The notes beneath the pieces are model-generated. The model had not been told where the DNA came from. It saw only the letters and a list, made by a program, of their open reading frames with translations, and ran no database searches. A program made the position numbers and the translations under genes. A stretch of 63,520 bases of DNA, filler included, from Lenisia limosa (lineage: Eukaryota > Protista > Breviatea), in the NCBI GenBank assembly GCA_001655205.1. It is 14 parts of 14 records of this genome, joined end to end, with 100 filler letters (N's around TTAATTAATTAA, not from the genome) between each part and the next. Parts side by side here need not be neighbours in the genome. Positions count along the whole stretch, not along the records: positions 29,716 to 42,705 come from LPNZ01002706.1; positions 42,806 to 44,054 come from LPNZ01004063.1; positions 44,155 to 48,628 come from LPNZ01003070.1; positions 48,729 to 51,802 come from LPNZ01000837.1; 10 more parts are not named here. The stretch is one strand, 5' to 3'. This document shows positions 37,801 through 49,904 of this stretch, in pieces (the first letter of the stretch is position 1; each line of letters starts with the position of its first letter).

Positions 37801-39949
37801 AAATGGGGAGAATCCCATTTTTATTTAAAAGGTCATAAATAAATAAAGGTCACCATTGGCTAATGAGAAAGGTATACGTAGAGATGAGAAATCAAACAAG
37901 GTTGTACTCGGCCGAAGCCATCCAAACTATCGCTTATCTGAGATATTGAATATATGAATTATTGCCTTACAATTCCGGAAATACACGGTTCATAGAAACT
38001 TAATCATAATAGGCTATACGAATACCCGCATAGCTTTCTCCAGAAGGTTAATTATGTGAAACAAAACAAGGTTATATCACAATGCCTGAAACATCCCCGC
38101 CACTCTAGTCCAGCAGACTCATAATAAAGATTGGAAGAAGAACAGCGATAATGACCGACGCTTGACTGGAAACGGTGTCGTCTTCAACGGGGTACATCAG
38201 ACTATATGGTCATGGATATGTACACTGTCAACATTGCCAGAATAACATGATTGGTTATTTGTACCAAGTATTAATGATAGCAACCCTAAACGGTACATTA
38301 TGATTTCCCTAAAATGAAGGAATTAGAAATGGTTTATTATCAAGGAGTTATCAAGAATAATAGGAGTGACTGATTCTGAGATTAAAAGGAGAGATTCCCT
38401 TTCGGTTCCAAAAAAAAAGACTGAATTCTCGATAATCTTCGAGAAATATCGGAATTTTATATGGCGCTCTCTGGATAACGCAAGCGACTTGAGCTTACTC
38501 GGGATCATTCGGCGGAATAAAGCGTTTATGGGGGTCCAAAACGTAGGAGTAGAGAAATGCCACTCCAAACATGAGAACAATTGAGAGCCACGCCCATCGC
38601 AGTCCGATACGATGGGTGTAGACGTGGGGAACAAGGCTGGTGTGTACTTGTAAGCTGCAAAGTGAGTTTTGAAAGAAAATTATATCAAATTATAGATAAC
38701 AACATCATCATGGGGTTTTGTTTTAGTTGGCTTTTCTTGATACACAAATAACATGGTTAAAGCAGGGTTTCCAGATAACTATCACTGATATCCGAACAAA
38801 AAGTTTCGGTGACGTCATCTTTTAACTACTTTTTATTAGAATTTATCGAAGATTTTGCTCAGAATGATTATCACATTTGCTCTCTTTCTTCCAAAGCAAC
38901 TGCTTTTATAACAGTAATAAATAACAATCACGCAGGTTACGCTCGGTTTTGGCTTTTTGGCTCTATTTGTGGTACCCTACTTTAAAGCAGGGTGGTATTT
39001 CAGAAAATTGGCTCGGATTTTCGTTCAATTGTCTCTATTGAAAGTGATTTACACAAACTTGGAGTCTTTCAAAAGAAATAACGTGCATCTGAGAACCATT
39101 TTCTAACCGCAACCGTGACAATTTTCTGAACTACCACCCTGCTTTTAAGCCCATCCCGACGCCTACGCTTCCTGATGGATCGGAGAGGCTTCACTTGGAA
39201 TGGCAATCGCGACTGGCTCGGCGGGGGGNNNNNNNNNNNNNNNNNNNNNNNNNNNNNNNNNNNNNNNNNNNNNNNNNNNNNNNNNNNNNNNNNNNNNNNN
39301 NNNNNNCAACACACAAGGGTTGATAATAACAAAACAAATAAAGCCCAGTCCAGTTCTGCAGCACGGTGAAATAGACTTCTTGGCATGGGGTGGGGGGTGG
39401 GTGAGATTTGTCATAAAATTACTGATTTTATTGTCTCAGAATTTCCAAATGATGATACGAAGGACAAACAGCGAAAATTCCTCATAATACAACTACTGAA
39501 TTAGAAACAATATGGAAAGTTAAGGCATACAAATAAGTGGCTTCTTGCCGAATAATACTAAGAAAAAAATAGGAGCGGGCGCGGAAGTATGGTAATGTGT
39601 TTATGGTACCCCTATGTATTTATTTGTTTCCCTAGATTCTCATGCATATTATATCTCAAAAAAACAATATAATGATATTATGTTGTAATTTTATAATACA
39701 AAACGGAAGTATAATACCTAGGGCTTCCTTGAGTTCAGAAAAGACCATATCAATGTTTTTCGAGGATTTATCATCAAACTCAATCTATTTTGGGAACGTA
39801 GGGAAACCCTAATAATAGCTCGTTTGAGGTATGAAAGCCGCCCCCACCTGTACTACCACATCGTCCCTTTCGGGGGGAGGGGTCTCATCAATGTCAATGG
39901 AGTGCAGGGAGATTTCCCTGCTAGGTACCTGGGGTTCTGTGTCGCTCAT
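34888..39949 (-). CDS. PAP2-family lipid phosphate phosphatase, multi-exon
   Basis: MSDTEPQVP...; DPHKRFIPPNDP|DLMYPVEDDTV; ...LTGVLKQQF|GRPRPAFYAGC (motif 1)...YYYL|RSFPSGHASISFS (motif 2)|GLYFLTLYL...; NYRHRFDDVMAGALLG (motif 3, its SR exon probably in the N gap 35677-35774); ...MVYNLVYPPQ|ERKKQSELDATLN*. Confidence 0.88.
36056..36140 (-). repeat. Family C repeat (reverse); more at about 34797, 37084, 37882 and 40249-40379
   Basis: TAGCAATGAGAAATAAAAAAAAGTTGCATCTGGCCGAAGCCGTCCACAC is the reverse complement of the family C 3' half. Confidence 0.8.
36488..36597. repeat. Family E repeat; related at about 32805, 34105, 52036 and 62835
   Basis: Shared GGAATTCCCATAT...ATTCCATGGAA.TTTATGGAAAT...GGGATTCCCAAATAATA..GGGAACAC blocks. 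Confidence 0.55.
36613..36705. mobile_element. MITE family A copy in PAP2 intron
   Basis: TA|GGGCTTCACTTCGGTTCGAAAAGAC...GGTCTTTTTTGAACCGAAGTGAAGCCC|TA. Confidence 0.92.
39308..39366 (-). repeat. Family D repeat in PAP2 intron 1, sense to host gene
   Basis: Reverse complement reads TGCTGCAGAACTGGACTGGGCTTTATTTGTTTTGTTATTATCAACCCTTGTGTGTTG, then an N gap, poly-C and the acceptor. Confidence 0.75.
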
Positions 39950-41063
39950 CGAAATAACTTCCTGTTTTACGTTACTAAATATGTACAGATACATAAAAAG
40001 GGGCCGGGATAAGTATGTAAAAGCTATTACCGTTATGATATTGTTAATGAGGAAAGGTTGGTGCATATGTTAAAATAAGAATAGTAAGTCTGTCTTATAC
40101 TAACAAGCTGATTTACTACTTACACAAAGATGTGAGAATGCCCCCCTACATACTGAAATAATTTATCATTTATTAGTACTTTTTATAGGCATTTTTCTAA
40201 ATGAATTTCAGCGAAGTTGTTATGGGTCCTGCTGCATTATATGAATATCAATGAGAAATTAAAAATCAAGGATGTATCTGGCCGAAGCCATCCACACCAT
40301 GCTTTTAAGAATTATATGATTATAGTATAATAGTAATTCATACAACACTGTGCCAGCTTTCTGTGCCTTCCCCAGCACACTTAAATAATACAAATTATCA
40401 TTTCTTTTATGGGCATTTGGCTACATGATATATCAGCGGAGAGTAGTTGATGGGTGTAATAGGCCGAAACCGTCCACCCCATCACACCAATGTTTTTATT
40501 GCGTATTGTAAAAATTATGACTATTTGCCAAGATTCAAGACGGATATGCCAATAAAAATGAATGACAAACATTCAACTGGAATGATCTAATATTTTATTA
40601 GTGATATAAATATAAACAAGACAAGTTTATTATTGATACAAATTCAATCAAGAACAAAATAAAATAACAAGGCCTATGCCGCTCACACCATTACTCATAA
40701 AAGAATATTGATAATTGTTCATAATCATCTTCCTTCAACTTTGAACACATCAAAACATCCCACCTCCCACAAAGCTCGCCCGATTCCAACTTTCTGTTTG
40801 GGGGAAAAGCCGAAGGCTAACTAACTAATATAACAAAGATACCAATCGATTATCTAAACTAATTCTCTATACTGACCACAAAAATGCCTAGTTTCCTTTG
40901 AAGGCCTGATTTTCTGATGAACAAGTTGCCAAAATTGGAATTCAACTATATCAAGCCTGGGGGGTACATTTATAGATGACTGGAAATCGAGGAAAGCAAG
41001 GCACAAATTGTTGATGGCGAGTAGTATTTGATTAAATGACTCCTTAGTGGACATTAAAAGAGA

Positions 41064-42705
41064 TTGGAAGAGATGGAAGGGACTCTGGAAGAACCTTCCT
41101 ACTTTGAAGGGGAGATCCCCCTCCCAAGCTCGGTTGGCCTTGCTGATGTTGCAGCTGAGGCTTGGATTGGAGCTGGCTTGGTTGAAGGGAAGCTCTACCC
41201 TCTTCAATACCTTGGTAAGTTGCACCTGGTCCTTTCCCTGAACCCTTCCGCCCAATATATTACAAAGATAAGCATATTTAAACCGCCAACCGGCATTATT
41301 TCACTGAAACAGTCGACACTATCAAGGATGCAACCGAATCCTTTGCTCCTGATGTTGCTCACAAGGTTTGTGTTTGCAAATGCTTTTAGGACTGATGCCA
41401 ATTGCGATTGAAATGTTGTAGAACGGAAAGGCTTTATTTGAATGCTGTATTTGTAGACAGATTGACAATATTACAGTATCAAAGTGTCACAAATCCGTTG
41501 CAACGTTTAATGACATAAATGTGACAGCACCCTCTTCTGGCTCGTACCCGATTGTGGCATTTATAGTGTTCATATAATGGTGTATATCAATTGAATTGTT
41601 TCTAGTAGGCATGCTATTATTTGATTAACCTTATTGGCATGAAGATAGGCACGCCGAAAGCTGTGTGCACAGAGTTGCAAGGCAAATTATTGGGTGAATT
41701 AATATTACACTCTAATCCAATATCTCTTATAAGCGTGATGGTGGGACNNNNNNNNNNNNNNNNNNNNNNNNNNNNNNNNNNNNNNNNNNNNNNNNNNNNN
41801 NNNNNNNNNNNNNNNNNNNNNNNNNNNCGCGGCCAATTCTTTTTCAAAGGGTTTTATTTACCAAAAAAATCCTAGAGAGATGATAAGTCATTATTCGAAC
41901 CAAAGTGAAGCCTCCCTGTCCCTTTATGATTTCAGATAACAGTGGCGTTGAGGACTGCTCCCCAGGACTTCCCTTCGGAAATGCTTGATTCGAGTGATGT
42001 TGATATGTTTTGGGGGAGGGGGTCGAGTTGTGGAAATGAAAGTTCCAGAACAACTGTCGCATGGATTTATCTCCATTTAAAATATCCCTGATAAAAAAAA
42101 AATACCAAACCATAGTGCTGTCCCCAAAGTATTATTGTTTTGCACAAATCGATAGATACATTATTTGAATGTGCAAACAGTGACCGGGATACATTTTGAC
42201 CGATTTTCAGTGGGAAATCTTAAACCCCTCCTCCCCCCCCGAGGGGATCCGTGTAATTAGTTGAAAAAATAATTACAAAATTTGAAGTGCGACATATTGT
42301 AATGAACACTCAATTTCTGACACTTCAATTTCCAATTTTGCAATTAATTTCTTCAAAAAAATTAAATGCACGAAGCCCTTGAAATAATCATTGAGCAAAT
42401 CGGTCAAAACGTATCCCGGTCATTGTCCATTTATTTCTACGTCTCCAAGGCAAATGATTGGGTGAATTAAAATTATACAAGAACTCAATATCTCTAATAA
42501 GCGTGACGGTGTGGACGGCTCCGGCCAGAAACAACCCTATTTTTTTTTTCTCATTGCTATATACGTCACCAACCATTCTAGTGAAGTTCTCGAGGAGTTG
42601 ATCCAAAAAGCGGAGAGAGGAGAAAGCCCAGCCCCGCCGCCGGAGGAGCTGACTTTGAGTGATGCTCTCACATTGCTTGCTTCTGAGGACTTTCGGACGA
42701 TTCAG
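41064..42705 (+). CDS. Unknown multi-exon gene fragment
   Basis: ...YFEGEIPLPSSVGLADVAAEAWIGAG...LQYL|ESFAPDVAHK|ITVALRTAPQDFPSEMLD|...EVLEELIQKAERGE...FRTIQ. Confidence 0.45.
41637..41747 (+). repeat. Family C repeat, 5' two-thirds
   Basis: AGGCACGCCGAAAGCTGTGTGCACAGAGTTGCAAGGCAAA...GGGTGAATTAA...TCTCTTATAAGCGTGATGGTG. Also at 6993, 42447, 42814, 49372 and 51687. Confidence 0.85.
42178..42425. mobile_element. Long (about 248 bp) family B element
   Basis: 29-nt TIRs CAGTGACCGGGATACATTTTGACCGATTT / AAATCGGTCAAAACGTATCCCGGTCATTG with 2 mismatches. Confidence 0.7.
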
Positions 42706-43858
42706 NNNNNNNNNNNNNNNNNNNNNNNNNNNNNNNNNNNNNNNNNNNNTTAATTAATTAANNNNNNNNNNNNNNNNNNNNNNNNNNNNNNNNNNNNNNN
42801 NNNNNACATAGGTATGCTGAGGCACGCGGAAAGCTGTATACACAGAGTTGTAAGGCAAACGATTGGATGAATTAATATTTTACTATCATCCAATATATCT
42901 CTTAATCGTGATCGTCCACATACAATTATTGTTTTATTTCTCATTGAAATACATATGTATACATGTATATATTACATGTATATTTATAGGTACGTTGATG
43001 ATGACGAAAACAGTAGTACTCACCCCACCCCTACCACGGTACTATCCTCATCGCCCTCAGAAGCCGAAGTCTGCGAATCATCATCGTTACTCTGATCCGA
43101 AGCAATTCTGGGGGGGGGGGGAATTAGNNNNNNNNNNNNNNNNNNNNNNNNNNNNNNNNNNNNNNNNNNNNNNNNNNNNNNNNNNNNNNNNNNNNNNNNN
43201 ACCTGAATCAAATCGATTGGCTTGAAATTGGGAATCACACGAGGGTTGATAACAACAAACAAACAAAATCGAGGCTATTTGTATCTCATCGCTAAAGCCG
43301 GAAGGGAGGGTAACTAATAAATGTGTGTGGGTTACATACGTACAGAATCCTCACCATCCATCTGTTTTTTTGTTTAATAAATTTTCAACCACCCCCCTCA
43401 AACGCATCAATTGCGAAAGTGCTCAGGGGTGACAGGCCAAGGGAAATGAAGTTGAGTCCAGCCGCTGCCATGACTAAACAGAGAAATTAGGCGAAATCAT
43501 AAGACCGTTACAATTCGGTGAAACTACTTCTATCGTTTTCTGCGTGTGTTTATTTCTTTGTGGACACAACCGCCGGATCTCTATGATCCTTGTTTCAATA
43601 GAGATTTACTGCAAAAAAACTACCACAGAAATACACTTTTAGAAGAAAATCTCATAATGTAAGGTCCTTCAATATTCCCTCTAGCGAAAAGGGTGTACGG
43701 TATATCATAATGTAAGATACTTCAAAATCCCCCTTACGAGCAGTGTGTAATGGAGAAATCTCATCATCACAGTATTGGTTCATATTCTACAAAGTGAAGG
43801 GTTTTACAAATGTCCTGTTCTCTACACGTGTCATTAACTTATTTAATAAACGTATATA

Positions 43859-43933
43859 CAGTGACGGGTAAGTCTTAATCGATTTGCTATGTGATTTCTC
43901 AGAAAAAAGCGGTCAAACTTATCCCAGTCACTG
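43859..43933. mobile_element. MITE family B copy
   Basis: TA|CAGTGACGGGTAAGTCTT...AAACTTATCCCAGTCACTG|TA. Other copies at about 30726, 50165-50210 and 58393. Confidence 0.85.
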
Positions 43934-44155
43934 TACATTGCGATGAGAAATAAAAAAAACAAGAATTGAACAATACGCACCTCCCCCCCTTCGCACCAAA
44001 TTACTAGATGTTGCGGTAGGAGAATGCTTAGTGCGGGGGAGGCTGGGGGAAGTGNNNNNNNNNNNNNNNNNNNNNNNNNNNNNNNNNNNNNNNNNNNNTT
44101 AATTAATTAANNNNNNNNNNNNNNNNNNNNNNNNNNNNNNNNNNNNNNNNNNNNC

Positions 44156-45410
44156 CAGCATGAAGGCGATGTTTATGCCTCGAGCGGCCCTGTACAGCGC
44201 ATATGCCACACCCTGGGTCTCGACGTACGTGGTTTAAATAATCGGTCCCGTCTACCATCATTTCTCCCTCTCCCTCTCTTTGTTTTTCTTGTTTTTCTAA
44301 CAGAGCTGATTTTGGGTTTTTTTGGTTATCTCCCCCTCCCCCCTCCCTCAATATCACGCACGCTGGAGTGATGAGATGCGGNNNNNNNNNNNNNNNNNNN
44401 NNNNNNNNNNNNNNNNNNNNNNNNNNNNNNNNNNNNNNNNNNNNNNNNNNNNNNNNNNNNNNNNNNNNNNNNNNNNNNNNNNNNNNNNNNNNNNNNNNNN
44501 NNNNNNNNNNNNNNNNNNNNNNNNNNNNNNNNNNNNNNNNNNNNNNNNNNNNNNNNNNNNNNNNNNNNNNNNNNNNNNNNNNNNNNNNNNNNNNNNNNNN
44601 GGAGAAGCCCACCTACGTTGTGCGATCGGTGGAGCTCGGCCTCCCGCTCTTCAGGTGCTCGAGAGGGGGCTTCTTCCGAATGTTCAAAGCCGTGGTGTTT
44701 ACATATTAGTGACTTTTAACACTTCCGAATGTTTAAAGCCGTGGTACTTACACATTAGAAATTGTCTACAACCCCTATATTTATATGCTCACGCCTCCAG
44801 CTCTTCAGCCACCGGGGCGTCTTGTGCTAGACTGGCCGCCTCAGAGGTGGGATATACGGCTTAATGGGTGGGCGTCTTTATATCGACAGTTTATTGTGTT
44901 GGGAATAAGGATTCTCTCTGGTGTATTCCCAGAACAAGTAGTTGAATATCTCGCATGTGTACTTCATAGCTCTGCTTTTGCGTGGCTTCCATTCGCCTTG
45001 TTTTTACATTTGATTTGAGTTTTTCAAACCCGTCTCTCGTATACCATATATTGGGCGGACAAATGTGATATTGTCTAATTTTGTTTTTCTGAAACAATCA
45101 CCTTTCCCCCTCAGCTGCTGACTTCAGAGAACTTAGCGCGGTTCTCAGCAGCCCAGGCCAGACTCAACACGATGCTGAGAGAGTTCATCGTGGCACTCGC
45201 TGTAGGGGGCTTGGTAGAGGGGCTAGTTGTAGGGGATTTTATCACGCAGTGTAAGCAACATTTCGAAAATACTTTGTCCGTATTTCCTCTGGATATCTTC
45301 TCTGGTTTTACTGGACTAAGCTCACCCCCCCCCCCAGGAAATGGATGATGACCCCAGGTACCCGCTGCCTGTGGACTGTTTCCCCTCTAGACGGATCCTC
45401 TTTGATGGTG
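44156..45410 (+). CDS. Unknown multi-exon gene fragment
   Basis: GC-rich GT-AG blocks such as LLTSENLARFSAAQARLNTMLREFIVALA|EMDDDPRYPLPVDCFPSRRILFD. Full model not resolved. Confidence 0.35.
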
Positions 45411-46008
45411 CTTCAATCTACGTGGACGGATGTTGTGAGTGGCGGACCAATGCTGAAGAATCGTACACTATGATGAACAAGAAGTCGCCTTGATTGAGAC
45501 TTCAGCACCGTCAGTAAGAAAAGGCAAAACGCTGTTTAAAGCGACCTGAGGAACATATTTTATCGATATTGAAGCTCCTTTTCATCAGAAAACTTGACTT
45601 ACTTTTTTTGCGTTGTTTAGTTTTAGAACCGGCATTCAAGCTTTTGGTGGCTTCATTATATTATTNNNNNNNNNNNNNNNNNNNNNNNNNNNNNNNNNNN
45701 NNNNNNNNNNNNNNNNNNNNNNNNNNNNNNNNNNNNNNNNNNNNNNNNNNNNNNNNNNNNNNNNNNNNNNNNNNNNNNNNNNNNNNNNNNNNNNNNNNNN
45801 NAGTTATGTTTCCATCTTATATTGAGTCATTATTTCTATTTAAATAGGGAATAACTTGGGTCATCTTGCTCATCCGTTTCCTCCCCCTTCCCCTTCTCTT
45901 TTCGCTATGTGTAAGCACTCCCCTCAACCTCACTTCAAACCACTTCAAACCACTTCAAACCACAGCCATCTTGCAAACATAACCTGCATTCAAAAGAGGC
46001 CTCACAGC

Positions 46009-48570
46009 CTACTCTTGAAACAAAGAGTGGTAGCCGCCCGGGCCCTCGTCATCCTCTAGATGCAGCAGCATGTAGACGAAGCCTGTAAGGTATCCGAGGG
46101 TCAGTATGCCGCCGATAATGCGCAATGCAAGGCGGTCACTCGATTCTATGGTCTGGGGGGGGGGGTGAGGAAATGTCCACGTGCACCATGCCAATTATCT
46201 AAGCCTCATGCCAATCACCTTAGGACTCTCCTTTGGCACAATGGGAGGCCTGGTCTTGGGGGTGGCCACTAGAGGGGTCTCCGGCTCGTCCTCGTCACTG
46301 ATGGGAGCACCGTGGAGCACAGGCGTGGTTTCAACTGTGCTTGTCATTGGGGATCATGGCATCAATATCAGTTCATATTAATAGCTGTTTCAAAATTGTT
46401 TTTGGTACAAATAGCAACCATATTATTCAAAATAATTCACTTGGAATAGAGCTTGTATACTTCAACAACTTCCCCCTTACGGCTTGGGGAAAATCCATCT
46501 GACTCCATTTTGTCTATACTTTCAACTGCACAAGTGAGATATTATATTATATTTGAACTCCTCACAACCACCCTCAAAAGCTGAGAGAGTCGTTTAGTCA
46601 CAACCACCCTCAAAAGCTGAGAGAGTCGTTTAGTCACAACCACCCTCAAACGCTGAGAGAGTCGTTTAGTCATTCGCTTTTCCTTCTTGCTTCTGGCACT
46701 CACAACTTCACCTAATTCCTCCTCCGATTTCACGGACCTGTGGAATGTCAAATACCACTATTTCTGACAATACACCCTCCACCCTACTTATCCCGGAGAC
46801 AAATTGTTCACAATAAATCTCTCCCGAATCCCCTTCCAATTACCTCTCACCCCCATACACAGTCTCAGCAGCATCATGACCTGCACTGTTCTCTTCGAAT
46901 GTTCGAATCCGTGTTGGTAACACGCACAAGCCAACAAACAGGCCTACCAACATGCCGCCACCATGTGCATAGTTGTCAACAAGCTACACGGTTATGGGTT
47001 GGAACAATCCAATTTGTTTGATAAAAGGAAATACAAGCCTCTGCTTAAGCTCACTTTGTATATTCCAACGATAAAGTTAATAACAACGTACAAGCCGAGG
47101 ACAATAGCCACGGGTCCCCTAATATCCTACAAAATGACTTGGAGAAGATCATTTTCCTCAATTAATCAGTTCATGGAATTATCGCACTAAATCTGGTGAT
47201 AACTGATGGAGTTAATTACACTATAAGATCACAGGTGACAACTGATTGCAAGTTTTAAACACAAACACTCAGCCTCCACAATAGTACCTTTGGCAGTTCC
47301 TTCCAATTGAGGATGAAGAAGGCAACAAACGCACCCACAAGCCCAAAAATGGAGGAGGAAGCGCCCACTGACAGGCTGCAAGGCTGCAAAGTCAGGATGC
47401 TATCCCCATGCAAACAGGAATACGGTAATAAATATCTATTATGCGAAAAAGACAATGTGAGTGCAAACACTGACACAAATTGACAACTCCAAATGTATTA
47501 ACCAAAATGAACCCAAACTTTGAGCGATGCCAACCTGGAAGACTGCTGAGGTGAGATTACCACCAAGCCCCCCAAGAATGTAAACTACTGCAATTTGCTT
47601 TGTCCCCCAGAGCTACAAAATTATTGAAAGGGGGAAGAGACGACGACATTTCCAAATTCCTTGATGGAATTTAATACATCTTTCCCCTGGCTGAAGTCGG
47701 ATAATGCAACCTTGGACATTCTTGAAAGTGTCTCAGATCACCAACTGACCATCACACCCATGATGACAAAATCCGCTTATAAATATATTTGAGACAATCC
47801 TCTATTTCAAAAAGGTTGTGTTATTGAATGGACTTGGCTAGTCGTACGACATTGCACCAGTGCATTGCCCACCATTCACAAAATATAACCATGGCTAGCA
47901 AACCTGTTCTATGTAAGACATGAGGGGGTATTGTCCTAAGATATTTAGTGCAAAATGCATCACTCCTGCATGTAGCAAAATGGGGGTCATGAGCCTCCAA
48001 ATCTACAGTGATTATTGTAAAACAATTATCGGTATTATTTCACAACAGAATTTTCAGCAATTACCTGAAAATGTTCCATAATGAGGTAGTTATACCTTCC
48101 TCCAAGGTCAATAAGCATTCGCATTGTCCGCATGGAGGAAACAAACGGGAACCTGGAAATTGAGTTATGTCCTGTTTAGTTCAGTTCAATTCACTTTGCT
48201 ATCCGCACCAACCATAGTACGCATGGACCGGAGTGAATCACTTCGATTATCATAAACACGGCTTGGACAAGCGTGATTATTGGTATGAATACTGCCCTGG
48301 TATTGGTCGTTCTGGAAGAAAGTTAGCTCAAATACTATCTCATACCAAGGGTACCATATTTCTAAGTTGGTGTTATGACAAAACTAGCATATGATATGAT
48401 ATTAATAAGAGTTAAATATTATTTTTCCACATTCATAGATGTAATTACTACATGTATGACAAAGGCTTTCACCGTTTCATTAGACTCCCACTTTCCCATC
48501 CATGAAGAGCAAATGGCTATGAGGGCAGGTACAGTGAGTCGTTCGTCATCATCAACTGGATTTTGTTAGT
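46009..48570 (-). CDS. Rhomboid-family intramembrane serine protease (5' truncated)
   Basis: LIDLGGRYNYLIMEHFQ|IWRLMTPILLHAGVMHFALN...IEQ|LWGTKQIAVVYILGGLGGNLTSAVFQ|PCSLSVGASSSIFG (catalytic Ser)...|LVDNYAHGGGMLVG (catalytic His)...|...RIIGGILTLGYLTGFVYML...FQE*. Confidence 0.92.
46562..46672. repeat. 36-bp tandem repeat x3 in rhomboid intron
   Basis: TCACAACCACCCTCAAAAGCTGAGAGAGTCGTTTAG, contiguous, one substitution. Confidence 0.92.
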
Positions 48571-48874
48571 GTTGGGCTATAGTAACCGGGCAAGATATGT
48601 GTACACAAATATCAATTGAAACACAAAANNNNNNNNNNNNNNNNNNNNNNNNNNNNNNNNNNNNNNNNNNNNTTAATTAATTAANNNNNNNNNNNNNNNN
48701 NNNNNNNNNNNNNNNNNNNNNNNNNNNNTATATATACTATATCATATATATATTATATTATTATATATCGAATGAGCTTGTTATTATTTATTAAAACAGT
48801 GGGGGTGTTCTATCCCTTTAGGGGGAAGTATATAGCCCCCACGTGACCCCACGTACTTACTTACCCCCCCCCAG

Positions 48875-49301
48875 ACCAATGTCGCGCCGGGTTCCTCTTT
48901 CTGTTCAATTCCAACGGTTCGGAATGCGGCAACTCTGCAACTAATGTAAACCGTTTCGACCTGCCTCTCATTGGAGGTAGGCTCCAGTGATGGGATGCGG
49001 TGCTGCATAAACAAATCTAAAGCAGGTTATAGTTCCAGAAGGATAGGATAACATAAACGAGCGTAACTTGCGTGATTTGGATTTTGTGTAATAACAGTAA
49101 TTATTATTTACATAAGAGAACAGCAGTTTGATCATAATGACTAAAATCTGAGTTAAATTCTTGTAAAGAGTAGTAAAAAGTGACAATTTTGTTGAACTAA
49201 TCTTGCTTTAATCTTGAATCCATGAACTCATGATTGTAGGCCTGAAGAACACCAAGATGATCACGACCTTTGACTCCACCCTCCTCTTCTCGGGATACTA
49301 A
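48875..49301 (+). CDS. Last two exons of an unknown gene
   Basis: DQCRAGFLFLFNSNGSECG...LPLIG|GLKNTKMITTFDSTLLFSGY* joins in frame. Confidence 0.55.
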
Positions 49302-49904
49302 TGGTGGCACCCGGGGGGTAACCAGATTTTGTTGTGATGTTTAGCCTTATGTCTATGTAATTTTTAAATTATATGCAGGGAAGGCACGCAGAAAGCTGTG
49401 TGCACAGAGTTATAAAACTTTCATCACACACCAAATCATCAAACACCGTTTGTGTTGGCGATGTGTTGGATGGTGGAATCGAGTGTTGAAAAGTGGTGGA
49501 TGGTGGAAACTGTTTGACATCTAAATCCTGGGAGAATACATTATTAAAACATCCATCCAGAATCCATCAATCATCCAACCGTGTAACCTTGTCCCATCCC
49601 CCCAACAGTCCTCAAACCCTCAAACCGTACTTTGACCGTCAAACCGTCCATTCGCCCATACGCAGTAAAAACCTGAAAACGTGATGTGCTTGATGATGGT
49701 ATGGTGACGGTGACGAATGTGTGGCTCGGTCGTGTTTGGTAAAAATAAAGAAGAAGAATTTGAGAAGATATAGACAAACAGTGCTGGAAAACAACAACAA
49801 ACACTCCACAGAAGCAACAACAGAAAAGAGAAGAAGAGAAGGGGAAAGAAGCCCAGTTAGCATTTAGCATCCTCGATTGAACCCTTTACAGCCCCCTTCA
49901 CTGT

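Noticed and set aside
40860-41060. LTR-retrotransposon RNase H (YTDHK) or chromodomain (DGE.YLIK) remnant
   Set aside because: Motifs are short, interrupted by several stops and not spaced as in a pol gene. Chance cannot be excluded without a profile search.
33973-46672. 32-bp and 36-bp repeats as CRISPR arrays
   Set aside because: Units are contiguous with no unique spacers, no cas genes are present, and the context is eukaryotic introns.
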